Part shown: piece by piece, positions 8,638-17,018 of the stretch
Layout of the letters: every line of letters begins with the position of its first letter
Numbering within the stretch: position 1 is the stretch's first letter
Assembly (NCBI GenBank): GCA_937870845.1
Contig: CALMZR010000248.1
Span: forward strand, 1 to 54,926
Source: an uncultured Chloroflexota bacterium
GTDB taxonomy: Bacteria; Chloroflexota; Chloroflexia; Thermomicrobiales; UBA6265
DNA length: 54,926 nucleotides
Reading direction: 5' to 3'
Position numbers and translations under genes: made by a program
The notes under the pieces: generated by a model
Seen by the model: the letters and a program-made list of their open reading frames with translations, nothing else
The model's database searches: none
What the model was told of the DNA's origin: nothing

Positions 8638-9234
8638 TCAGAAGCCGCACGCCTCCAGCCCGCCGTTCTGGCCGGCGAGGAAGGCGATGGCGCGCTCGGA
8701 TTGGGTGCCGTGGATCGCTTCGTCGAAGGGGACTGCCCACCAGACGTCGCCCGCGGCTTGCGTCAATTGCAGGGCGAGCGTGCCGATGACCGGATTGATC
8801 AGATCCGATTCTGTGGCGTAGGCGATGAACGCGCCGGCGAAGCAGTCGGCCTGCAACTCGTACTCGATGGCGCTGCCCACGCCGGTGTCAGTCTGGATCT
8901 GGATGTGGTGGCCCCACTCGTGGCTGATCAGCGTCAGCAATGCGATCAGGGAATCCGGTCCCACGAATCCGGTGGAGATGGTGATCTCGTTGCTGCTGGG
9001 GCAATAGGCGGCTGGGACGGCGAAACTGTCGAGGAAGCCGCAGAAATCGGTCCCCGGCGCGTCCACCAGCTCCAGCCGCGGTGAGCTATAGGACAACCCT
9101 CGCTCAGCGAAAGCGGCCGCCCACCAGGCGTCCAGCTCGGCGTAGATCAGATCCGAGGTGCTCTGCGCCCGCGCCACACTGGGCGCCAAGAGCGCCAGCA
9201 CAACCGCCAGCGCCAACACGATTCGCCGCGCCAT
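8638..9234 (-). CDS. Secreted neutral zinc metallopeptidase-like protein (YpfJ-like core), paralog 1
   Basis: Signal peptide MARRIVLALAVVLALLAPSVARA. HEWGHH zinc motif followed by ELQADCFAG. GGAGGGG precedes the ATG. Confidence 0.72.
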   Translation of the reverse strand: MARRIVLALAVVLALLAPSVARAQSTSDLIYAELDAWWAAAFAERGLSYSSPRLELVDAPGTDFCGFLDSFAVPAAYCPSSNEITISTGFVGPDSLIALLTLISHEWGHHIQIQTDTGVGSAIEYELQADCFAGAFIAYATESDLINPVIGTLALQLTQAAGDVWWAVPFDEAIHGTQSERAIAFLAGQNGGLEACGF

Positions 9235-9339
9235 CCCGTATCCCCTCCGTTCTTCCCTCGACGGATTGCGACCCTTCCCAGGAGTCGCTTTCAGTCTACG
9301 GGGTGGGGGCGCTGCTGGCTACCGGCTGCGCGCTGTGGG

Positions 9340-9948
9340 CTACCCGCCGAAGCCGCAATCGGTCACGTCGCCGTTCATGCCGGTCATGAAGGCGAGGGCG
9401 CGCTCGGACTTCGTGCCGTGGGCGGGGGCGTCGTGGGGCAGGAAGAACCAGACGTCGCCCGCGGCCTGGGTGAGCTGCATGGCCTGGGTGACGGCGGCGG
9501 GGCTGACGAGGCCGGCGTCGGCGGCGTGGCCCATGTAGGCGCCGGCGAAGCAATCGGCCTGCTGCTCGGCTTCGAGCACGGTGGTCACGCCGGTGTCGGC
9601 CTGCCATTGGATGTGGTGACCCCATTCATGGCTGAGCACCGTCCACCAGAGGATTTCGGCGGAGGGATCGTTCGGGCCCCAGGCGGTGGAGAAATAGACC
9701 GTCAGGTCGGCGGCGCAGTAGGCGCCGGGGCTGACGTACGGGTCGATGGGCCCGCACGAGGTCGACATCGGGCCGTCGATCGACCTCACGCCGGGTGAGG
9801 CATAGCTCAAGCCGGCGTTGGCGAACTGTTGGGCCCAGAAGGCGTCGATGTCGCCGACGACGAGCTCGATCGTGGACTGGGCGGCCGCTGGTGGCGGGGT
9901 CAGCAACGCCAAGACGGCAATCACGACGATGAGAAACCGAATTCGCAT
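9340..9948 (-). CDS. Secreted neutral zinc metallopeptidase-like protein, paralog 2
   Basis: Start at ATG 9948 after GGAGGA. Signal MRIRFLIVVIAVLALLTPPPAAA. It carries the same HEWGHH and QQADCFAG motifs and the same C-terminal DCGF as paralog 1. Confidence 0.72.
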   Translation of the reverse strand: MRIRFLIVVIAVLALLTPPPAAAQSTIELVVGDIDAFWAQQFANAGLSYASPGVRSIDGPMSTSCGPIDPYVSPGAYCAADLTVYFSTAWGPNDPSAEILWWTVLSHEWGHHIQWQADTGVTTVLEAEQQADCFAGAYMGHAADAGLVSPAAVTQAMQLTQAAGDVWFFLPHDAPAHGTKSERALAFMTGMNGDVTDCGFGG

Positions 9949-10121
9949 TCTTACGTGTCCTCCGGCCGCGCCCCGGCGGGCACGGCGCATTCGCGGGCCG
10001 TTGGCGATGATAGGGCATCCCAGAGGTTCTGACCGGCGCCGGTGACGGCCCGTCCGTCCCCATTCGGCAAAGTCCCTTCCCCTGGAACGCGGCGTGCATC
10101 GGTTCATTCCGGGCGCGGGCC

Positions 10122-10139
10122 TATACTCAATGATTGAGT
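10122..10139 (+). promoter_or_regulatory. Candidate -10 box (TATACT) overlapping a perfect palindrome upstream of metH
   Basis: cctatACTCAATgATTGAGTg: TATACT at 10122-10127 and 7-bp inverted arms at 10125-10139, about 35 nt upstream of the metH start. Confidence 0.3.
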
Positions 10140-10172
10140 GCCGAAGCCGAACCTCCCGCGAGGAACCACGCC

Positions 10173-13100
10173 GTGAACGATCGCCCCTCGTACCTCGATC
10201 TCGTCAACGAACGCGTCGTCGTTTTCGACGGCGCCATGGGGACATCCATTCAGAACTATGGACTTGATGAGGTGGGCTACGGCGGGATCGAGGGGTGCAA
10301 CGAGTACCTCGTCCTCCACAACCCTGGCCTGATCGAGGAGATTCACGCCTCGTTTTTCGAGGTCGGCGTCGACGTCATCGAAACTGACACCTTCGGCGGC
10401 AGCAGGCTGAAGCTCGAGGAGTACGGGCTCGGCGAGCGGACGTATGAGATCAACCGGGCGGCGGCCGCGCTGGCGCGGGGCGTCGCCGACCGCTACTCCA
10501 CGCCGGGGCATCCCAGATACGTTGCTGGTTCGATCGGGCCGACGGGGCTGCTGCCCGCGTCCGAGGATCCTCTCCTGGGCAATCACCGCTTCGCTGATGT
10601 CGTGGAGTTGTTCGTCGATCAGGTGCGCGGTCTCGCCGACGGCGGCAGCGACCTGCTCATCGTCGAGACGACGCAGGACATCCTCGAGCTGAAGGCGGCG
10701 ATCCACGCCATCCTGCGCGTGCGGGAGGAGACAGGCGTACGCATCCCTATCCAGGCGCAGGTGACGCTGGACACGAGCGGGCGCATGCTCCTTGGCACCG
10801 ACATCGCCGCCGCGCTCGCCGTGCTCGAGGCGCTGCCAGTCGACGTCGTCGGCCTCAACTGCTCGACGGGGCCGGAGCACATGCGAGAGCCCGCGCGTTA
10901 CCTCGGGGAGCATTCGACGCGGCCGGTATCGGTCATCCCGAACGCGGGGTTGCCGATCAACGTCGACGGTCAGGCGGTCTACCCCCTCGAACCGGACGCC
11001 ATGGCGCGCGATCTGGCGCAGATGGTCGCCGAATTCGGCGTCGGCATCGTGGGCGGGTGCTGCGGCACGACGCCTGAGCATCTGGAGGCGCTGGTCAAGG
11101 CGGTCGGGACACGCCCCGCGAGCCCGCGCCCGGCGAAGCCGCTCCCGTTGACGGCGTCGATGGTGCGCGCGGTCGATCTGCGCCAGGATCCGGCCCCGCT
11201 CATCGTCGGGGAGCGGGTCAACACGCTCGGCTCGCGCAAGGTCAAGCGGCTGGCGCTGGCGGACGATTACGACGGGATGGTGGTCGTCGCCCGCGAGCAG
11301 ACCGAGATCGGCGCGCACGCCCTCGACGTCTGCATGGCGATGACCGAGCGCTCCGACGAGCGGGAGATGCTGCGCACGCTGGTCAAGAAGCTGGCGCTGA
11401 ACATCGAGGCGCCCCTGGTGCTCGACTCCACCGAGGCGGACGTCCTGAAAGACGCGCTGGAGCAGTACCCCGGCCGCGCCATCATCAACTCGATCAACAT
11501 GGAGAACGGCCGGGCCAAAATCGACTCCGTCATGCCCCTGGCGTTGGCCCACGGCGCGGCGGTGGTGGCCATGACCATCGACGAAGAGGGGATGGCCAAA
11601 ACCGCTGAGCGTAAGGCGGAGGCGGCGCGCGCGATCCACGACATCGTCGTCGGCGAGTACGGCCTGGCTCCGGAGGCGCTGATCTTCGACCCGCTGACGT
11701 TCCCCCTCTCGACTGGCGACGAGGAGTTCACCCGCTCCGCGCTGGAGACGCTGGAGGGCATCCGGCGCATCGAGGCGGAGCTGCCGGGGGTGATGACCAT
11801 CCTCGGCATCTCGAACGTCTCGTTCGGGCTCAACCCCGTCGCGCGTAAGATCGTCAACGCCGTCTTCCTCTACCACGCGGTGCAGGCCGGGCTCGACTTG
11901 GCCATCGTCCACCCGTCGCACGTCGTGCCCTTCGCCGAGATCCCGACGGAGGAGCGCGAGCTGGCCGAGGATCTGGTGCTGGCGCGGCGGGACGATGCGC
12001 TGGCGCGGTTGATCGAGCACTTCGAGGGACGCGAGGAAGAGGCGAGCGCCGGCGGGCCGGACCCCACGCTTGGCATGACGCCCGAAGAACGCCTGCACTA
12101 CCAGATCGTGCATCGCCGCAAGGAGGGGATCGAAGAGCAGATCGACCTGGCGGTCGCCAACCGCGATCCGGTCGAGGTGCTCAACGGGGTGCTGCTGCCG
12201 GCGATGAAAGAGGTCGGCGACAAGTTCGGGGCCGGCGAGCTGATCCTGCCGTTCGTGCTGCAATCGGCCGAGGCGATGAAGCGGGCGGTGGCGCGGCTGG
12301 AGACCTATCTCGAACGTCAGGAGGGGGTGACGAAAGGAACCGTGGTACTGGCCACGGTCTACGGCGACGTCCACGACATCGGCAAGAATCTGGTCAACAC
12401 CATCCTCACCAACAACGGCTACACGGTGCATGATCTGGGCAAGCAGGTCCCGGTCAACCGCATCATCGACAAGGCGGTCGAAATCGACGCCACCGCCATC
12501 GGGCTGTCGGCGCTGCTCGTCTCGACCAGTAAACAGATGCCCTTGTGCGTGCAGGAGCTGCACAGAGCTGGGCGCCGCTTCCCGGTGATCATTGGCGGGG
12601 CGGCGATCAACCGCGGGTATGCGCAGCGAACACTCTTCGTGGACGAGGATACGCCATACGGCCCCGGCGTCTTCTACGCCAAGGACGCCTTCGAGGGCTT
12701 GTCGCTGATGGATCGCATCGTCGACCCCGAGGCGCGACATAGGCTTGTGGTGGAGACCACGGCGGAGGCGCGGAAGGCGCTGGAGCGGCCGGGCCGCGAG
12801 GCGTTCAGCGTTCCCCAGGAAGCCAGCGACACCGGCGGTTCGACCGTCAGGCTCGTCGACCCCGGCTCCCCGCCGTTCTGGGGCGCCCGGGAGATGGAGG
12901 AGATTCGGCTCGAGGACGTCTGGCCGCACCTCGATCTGAAGACGCTCTTTCGCCTCCACTGGGGCGCCAAAGGCGTCAAGGACGAGGCGTGGGAGGCGCT
13001 GCAGCGCGATGATTTTCTCCCTCGGTTGGAGCGGATGCAGCGTGACGCCATCGAGCGCGGCTGGCTCAAGCCACGAGTCCGATACGGCTACTTCCCTGCC

Positions 13101-13631
13101 AACCGGGACGGCAACGATCTGGTCGTTTTCAGCCCGGACGAAGAAGAGCGCGAGGTCGCGAGGTTCACGTTCCCGCGGCAGCCGCGTCGGGATCGCTTAT
13201 GCCTGGCCGACTACTTTCTGCCGCTCTCGACGGGCCGGCGGGACGTAGCCGTGTTCCAGATCGTGACCGTCGGCTCGGAGGCGACGGCGCTGACGGAGCG
13301 CTTGCAGGCCAACGGGGACTACAGCGAGAGCTTCTTCTCCCACGGGCTCAGCGTGCAGACGGCCGAGGGACTCGCCGACTACGCGCACGCCCGCATCCGC
13401 ACCGAGCTTGGCGCCGGCCGGGAGCAAGGCAAACGCTATTCCTGGGGCTACCCCGCCTGCCCGGACCTGGGCCAGCACGCGCTGGTTGACCGCCTGCTCG
13501 ACGCGGGCGCGGCCGGCATTCGCATCACCGACGGGTTTCAGTTCGATCCCGAACAGTCGACGGCGGCGCTGGTGGTGCTCCACCCCGACGCGCGGTACTA
13601 CGCGCTGGCGCGCTCCGGGGGTGACGGATGA
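10173..13631 (+). CDS. metH: Cobalamin-dependent methionine synthase
   Basis: Full five-module layout. Hcy-binding domain (VVFDGAMGT, GGCCGTTPEH), pterin-binding domain, B12 cap and B12-binding domain (DVHDIGKNLV), and AdoMet activation domain. GTG 10173 follows GAGGAA (alternative TTG 10134). Confidence 0.95.
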   Translation: MNDRPSYLDLVNERVVVFDGAMGTSIQNYGLDEVGYGGIEGCNEYLVLHNPGLIEEIHASFFEVGVDVIETDTFGGSRLKLEEYGLGERTYEINRAAAALARGVADRYSTPGHPRYVAGSIGPTGLLPASEDPLLGNHRFADVVELFVDQVRGLADGGSDLLIVETTQDILELKAAIHAILRVREETGVRIPIQAQVTLDTSGRMLLGTDIAAALAVLEALPVDVVGLNCSTGPEHMREPARYLGEHSTRPVSVIPNAGLPINVDGQAVYPLEPDAMARDLAQMVAEFGVGIVGGCCGTTPEHLEALVKAVGTRPASPRPAKPLPLTASMVRAVDLRQDPAPLIVGERVNTLGSRKVKRLALADDYDGMVVVAREQTEIGAHALDVCMAMTERSDEREMLRTLVKKLALNIEAPLVLDSTEADVLKDALEQYPGRAIINSINMENGRAKIDSVMPLALAHGAAVVAMTIDEEGMAKTAERKAEAARAIHDIVVGEYGLAPEALIFDPLTFPLSTGDEEFTRSALETLEGIRRIEAELPGVMTILGISNVSFGLNPVARKIVNAVFLYHAVQAGLDLAIVHPSHVVPFAEIPTEERELAEDLVLARRDDALARLIEHFEGREEEASAGGPDPTLGMTPEERLHYQIVHRRKEGIEEQIDLAVANRDPVEVLNGVLLPAMKEVGDKFGAGELILPFVLQSAEAMKRAVARLETYLERQEGVTKGTVVLATVYGDVHDIGKNLVNTILTNNGYTVHDLGKQVPVNRIIDKAVEIDATAIGLSALLVSTSKQMPLCVQELHRAGRRFPVIIGGAAINRGYAQRTLFVDEDTPYGPGVFYAKDAFEGLSLMDRIVDPEARHRLVVETTAEARKALERPGREAFSVPQEASDTGGSTVRLVDPGSPPFWGAREMEEIRLEDVWPHLDLKTLFRLHWGAKGVKDEAWEALQRDDFLPRLERMQRDAIERGWLKPRVRYGYFPANRDGNDLVVFSPDEEEREVARFTFPRQPRRDRLCLADYFLPLSTGRRDVAVFQIVTVGSEATALTERLQANGDYSESFFSHGLSVQTAEGLADYAHARIRTELGAGREQGKRYSWGYPACPDLGQHALVDRLLDAGAAGIRITDGFQFDPEQSTAALVVLHPDARYYALARSGGDG

Positions 13632-13770
13632 CGGATGACGGGTGTCAGGGTGTCCAGGTGACAGGGTGATAGGGTTCTTGGGTGATGGGAGCCGCGGGGA
13701 TGAGTGGTGAGCCCGTCGACGGCCATCTCTCATTACCCGTCACCCTGACACCTCGACACCCTGACACCCC
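13617..13770. repeat. Repeat family R1 copy 2, between convergent genes
   Basis: gggtgtcagggtgtccaggtgacagggtgatagggtt versus the reverse complement of cattacccgtcaccctgacacctcgacaccctgacacccc gives about 30/35 matches. The metH stop (13629-13631) lies inside the left arm, and the stop of the next gene (13773) abuts the right arm. Confidence 0.8.
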
Positions 13771-13772
13771 GT

Positions 13773-14450
13773 TCAGGCAACAGGGGTGGCCAAGGGCGCG
13801 GCGTCAGCGGGAAGCGTGATGGCGCCGAGCAACTCCTCGACGCGAGGAAAATCCTGGTTGAAGGTTTCGGTGATGGTCTGCCAGGTGATCTCTAGTACGG
13901 CGGTTCCGGGGACGAGCGTGCGGCACTCGACGTATTCGACGCCACGAAAAACCGTGCCGTCTTCGAGCGTCAGGGTGAGTCCGAAGAGTTGGGCTTCGCC
14001 CCGCTCGTCCTCCGGGACGGGCAGCGCGCGGCCCGTGAGCGGCACGACCTCGGTGACACCCTGCCGCTCGACGATTTCGGCAGCGGCGTCGGCGAGGCAG
14101 GCGGCGGCGTCGCCGCCAAAGCCCGCGTAGGCTTCGAGATAGACCGTGGAGAGGGGCGTGCCGATCTGGAGGCCATCGTACCCGGCGTCAATAAACTCTG
14201 CCTCCACCGTCCAGTCGGCCGCGTTCCAGGAGACCCCAGCGCCCCAATTGGGGCCGGTCCAGGTCGAGCCGCTCACGCCGGTCGTCGCCCCGCTGGCGGG
14301 CGCAACCTCCTCGGAGGCGACGGGGGTCGCGGGAAGGACGGGCTTCGGCTCCTGCGATTGCGCCCCGGCAAGACCGGCGATGCCGGTTGAGAGCAGCAGA
14401 GCGAGCGTGACGATCGTGAAATGCCGAACTGCGGCAACCGGTGAGCGCAT
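13773..14450 (-). CDS. Hypothetical secreted protein
   Basis: ATG 14450 follows GGAGG at 5 nt. Signal-like MRSPVAAVRHFTIVTLALLLSTGIAGLAGAQS, then a Pro/Thr/Ala linker. I do not recognise a family. Confidence 0.6.
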   Translation of the reverse strand: MRSPVAAVRHFTIVTLALLLSTGIAGLAGAQSQEPKPVLPATPVASEEVAPASGATTGVSGSTWTGPNWGAGVSWNAADWTVEAEFIDAGYDGLQIGTPLSTVYLEAYAGFGGDAAACLADAAAEIVERQGVTEVVPLTGRALPVPEDERGEAQLFGLTLTLEDGTVFRGVEYVECRTLVPGTAVLEITWQTITETFNQDFPRVEELLGAITLPADAAPLATPVA

Positions 14451-14525
14451 GATGCCTCCAGGGACTCGACGGCCGACGGGGTTCATGCTAACAGGTCGTG
14501 AGATCGCGCCCGGCCGGGTTCGGCC

Positions 14526-15710
14526 TTGAGCGAGCGGTTCGATGCGGTTGTGGTTGGCGCCGGACCGGCCGGCAGCGCAGCGGCCGTCACGCTGGCTCGC
14601 TCCGGTTGTCGGGTGCTCCTGCTGGACCGAAGGTCGTTTCCGCGGGACAAGCCGTGTGGCGATCTCATCGGCGTTCGCGCCTTGCGCGCCGCGCTCCGCC
14701 TTGGCGTTTCCGAGACAGACCTCCGGGAATACCCGCGAATTGCCGGAGCGATCGTCACGACCGAAGGCGGCGAACTGGACCTCGCGCCGCGGTCAGGCTG
14801 GGGTCAGCGCCTCCTCTCCGGCTCTGATGCGCGGGTCGTGCCGCGCGTCGTCTTCGACGATCTGCTCGTGCGGTCCGCCGTGCGGGCTGGCGCCACCTTC
14901 CGCCAGGCGACCGTGCGCGACGTGGGCCCGTGGGCATCTGGCGCCCGTGTCGTTTCGGGGCAGGAACGCCACGGTGCGCTTTCGGTGGCGGCGCGCGCGG
15001 TCGTCGTTGCCGGCGGGTACGGTTGCCGCGTCGCGTCCGACGCGGCTCCTGACGATCGGGATGAGTCGCCGGCGCGAGGAATCGCCATGCGGGGGTATTT
15101 TCGCGATGTCGCATGCCCGGCCGATCGCATCGTGTTTTCGTTGGAGCGGTGGCTCCTGCCGGGCTATGGGTGGGTCTTCCCCCTGCCGGGCGGCAGGGCG
15201 AACGTTGGCGTTGGCAGACTGGCTCCGCCGCACGACGAAGGCGGGGAGGAAACGCATCTCCACGAGCTGTGGCAACGTTTCATCGAGGATCCGCGGTCGC
15301 CGACGGCCCAGTGGTGCAGGGACGCCGTACCAGATGGTCGCCCTCGGGCGTGGCCGCTCGATTTGGGCCCGCGTCGGCGCCCGCTAACCGCGGATGGCTT
15401 GCTTGTCGCGGGTGAGGCGGCGGGGCTCGTGGGTCCGCTGACCGGGGCCGGGATCGCATTTGCGTTGGAGTCAGGTGAGCGCGCGGGGTGGGTCATCGCT
15501 TCCGCGCTCGAGTCGGGTGAAGCAACGAAGGACCGGCTCAGCCCGTATGGGCGGGAAACTCGGCGTAGGGCGGCGCCGTGGTTGCGCGCGGAACTGCTTG
15601 CGCAGCGTTTTTTGGCGGATGCTGAGCGCGCGAGGCGCTTCTTTGACGTCGTTCGGCCGCTGCCGCCGACCGGCGCGCTAGGGGCGCGGTTGCTGTTACA
15701 TCTCGGCTGA
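14526..15710 (+). CDS. FAD-dependent oxidoreductase, geranylgeranyl reductase family
   Basis: N-terminal dinucleotide fold FDAVVVGAGPAGSAAAVTLARSGCRVLLLDR with FPRDKPCGD. TTG start. Confidence 0.82.
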   Translation: MSERFDAVVVGAGPAGSAAAVTLARSGCRVLLLDRRSFPRDKPCGDLIGVRALRAALRLGVSETDLREYPRIAGAIVTTEGGELDLAPRSGWGQRLLSGSDARVVPRVVFDDLLVRSAVRAGATFRQATVRDVGPWASGARVVSGQERHGALSVAARAVVVAGGYGCRVASDAAPDDRDESPARGIAMRGYFRDVACPADRIVFSLERWLLPGYGWVFPLPGGRANVGVGRLAPPHDEGGEETHLHELWQRFIEDPRSPTAQWCRDAVPDGRPRAWPLDLGPRRRPLTADGLLVAGEAAGLVGPLTGAGIAFALESGERAGWVIASALESGEATKDRLSPYGRETRRRAAPWLRAELLAQRFLADAERARRFFDVVRPLPPTGALGARLLLHLG

Positions 15711-15733
15711 GGCAAGAAGAACGTTTTATTGAA

Positions 15734-16060
15734 TCAGGCCAGCGCCTCGGCCCAGCCCAGCGCGCGAAAGCCCTCGTCGCGGGCCGCGGAGAAATCGTCC
15801 ATCGCCTCCATGACCAGGCGGCGAACCTGGCCGGAGAAGGGGATGGGCTGCGCGAACGACCAGCGGCGGACGTGCTCGAGACGGTCGCCCGCAAGCCAGC
15901 CGCGGGCCAGCACCCATCGGCCATCCTCGTAGGCGCCGATCAGGACGATCCCTGCTCCGCGCCACATGAAGAGCGGGGCGGCCTCGCGCTGCAGGGCGGG
16001 CGTCGCGGCGTGGTGGGACAAGAACATATGGTCGCTCATGCGGGTCCATTTCGTTCGCAA
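15734..16060 (-). CDS. Hypothetical protein
   Basis: 108-aa ORF with non-degenerate composition in an otherwise unassigned gap. No recognisable motifs or Shine-Dalgarno sequence. Start uncertain (TTG 16060 or ATG 16039). Confidence 0.4.
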   Translation of the reverse strand: MRTKWTRMSDHMFLSHHAATPALQREAAPLFMWRGAGIVLIGAYEDGRWVLARGWLAGDRLEHVRRWSFAQPIPFSGQVRRLVMEAMDDFSAARDEGFRALGWAEALA

Positions 16061-16166
16061 TGTGCAAGCAAGAGGACCGTCTTCGGCCCAGAAATCATGC
16101 TAGAACCAATGGCACGCCGGGTCGTTAGGCGCAGACGCCAAGGGGACTATGTTCAACTTGGGCAGC

Positions 16167-17018
16167 TTATCCCCGCGTCGATTCGGCGGCGAGCCGCGCG
16201 ACGAGGTCGTCATCTTCGCGTTCATCCGCGCTCCAGGGCAGCGCGGAGCGGACGAAGTACTCCCGCCGGAGCTGGCGCTCGATCGCCTCATCCGGGATGT
16301 GCTGCAACGGTCCGCCGTCGCCGGTCTGGGTGACGTGGGCGGCGATGGCGGCGCGTTTGGCCTCCGACCAGGGGGTGATGTCCACGACATGGGTGATGTC
16401 CGCCAACGGCGTGCCTACGGTTTCGCGGGCCTCCGGGGGAAGAAACGCCAGCGGACTCCCCGGCCGATCGAGGATGTCGAGCATTTCCTCGCGGGGAAAT
16501 GTGCCGAAATAGAGCGCCGCGGTTTGCCACGGCTCGGCTGGCTCACCGCTGGCCACCGCGGGATCGGCGGCGAGCGCGACGGCGCGGAGCACGACGTGGT
16601 GCATGTGCAGATGGTCGGGGTGGCCGTACATTCCCTCTGGGCCAAAGGTGATGATGGTCTGGGGCCGCAGCTTGCGGACCGGCGCGACGAGCCTCGTCGC
16701 CGCCTCGTCCACCGTTGTGCGGACAAATGCGTGGGGGTGTTGCGCCTCGGGGGAACCTGGCATTCCGGAATCGCGGTAGCCGAGGAACCGCACGTCCGAG
16801 ACGCCGAGATGGCTCATCGCGTCGCGCAGTTCTTGCTCACGGACTTCGCCAAGGCGTTGTGGATCGTCCAGGCCGGGGATCGAGCTCTCTCCAGCTTCGC
16901 CGCGCGTGGCGCTGATGACCGCGACGGGCACGCCGCGCGCCGCCGCCGCGGCCATGGTCCCGGCGGAGGTGAACGTCTCGTCATCGGGGTGCGGAAAGAT
17001 CGCCAACAAGGGGCCCAT
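16167..17018 (-). CDS. PIG-L/LmbE family N-acetylglucosaminyl deacetylase
   Basis: LLAIFPHPDDETF..., GHPDHLHMHH and AHVTQ are the LmbE zinc-hydrolase signatures. The ATG overlaps the upstream stop (ATGA at 17015-17018 region). Confidence 0.85.
   Translation of the reverse strand: MGPLLAIFPHPDDETFTSAGTMAAAAARGVPVAVISATRGEAGESSIPGLDDPQRLGEVREQELRDAMSHLGVSDVRFLGYRDSGMPGSPEAQHPHAFVRTTVDEAATRLVAPVRKLRPQTIITFGPEGMYGHPDHLHMHHVVLRAVALAADPAVASGEPAEPWQTAALYFGTFPREEMLDILDRPGSPLAFLPPEARETVGTPLADITHVVDITPWSEAKRAAIAAHVTQTGDGGPLQHIPDEAIERQLRREYFVRSALPWSADEREDDDLVARLAAESTRG

Noticed and set aside
9949-10172. Possible cobalamin or SAM riboswitch in the metH leader
   Set aside because: I looked for the B12 box/GCCACTG core and for SAM-I/SAM-IV conserved blocks and found none. 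Only a -10-like box and a short palindrome are present.
10104-12959. 951-aa minus-strand ORF
   Set aside because: It is antisense to metH and has degenerate R/D/H/P/G-rich composition. The metH frame carries all the diagnostic motifs.
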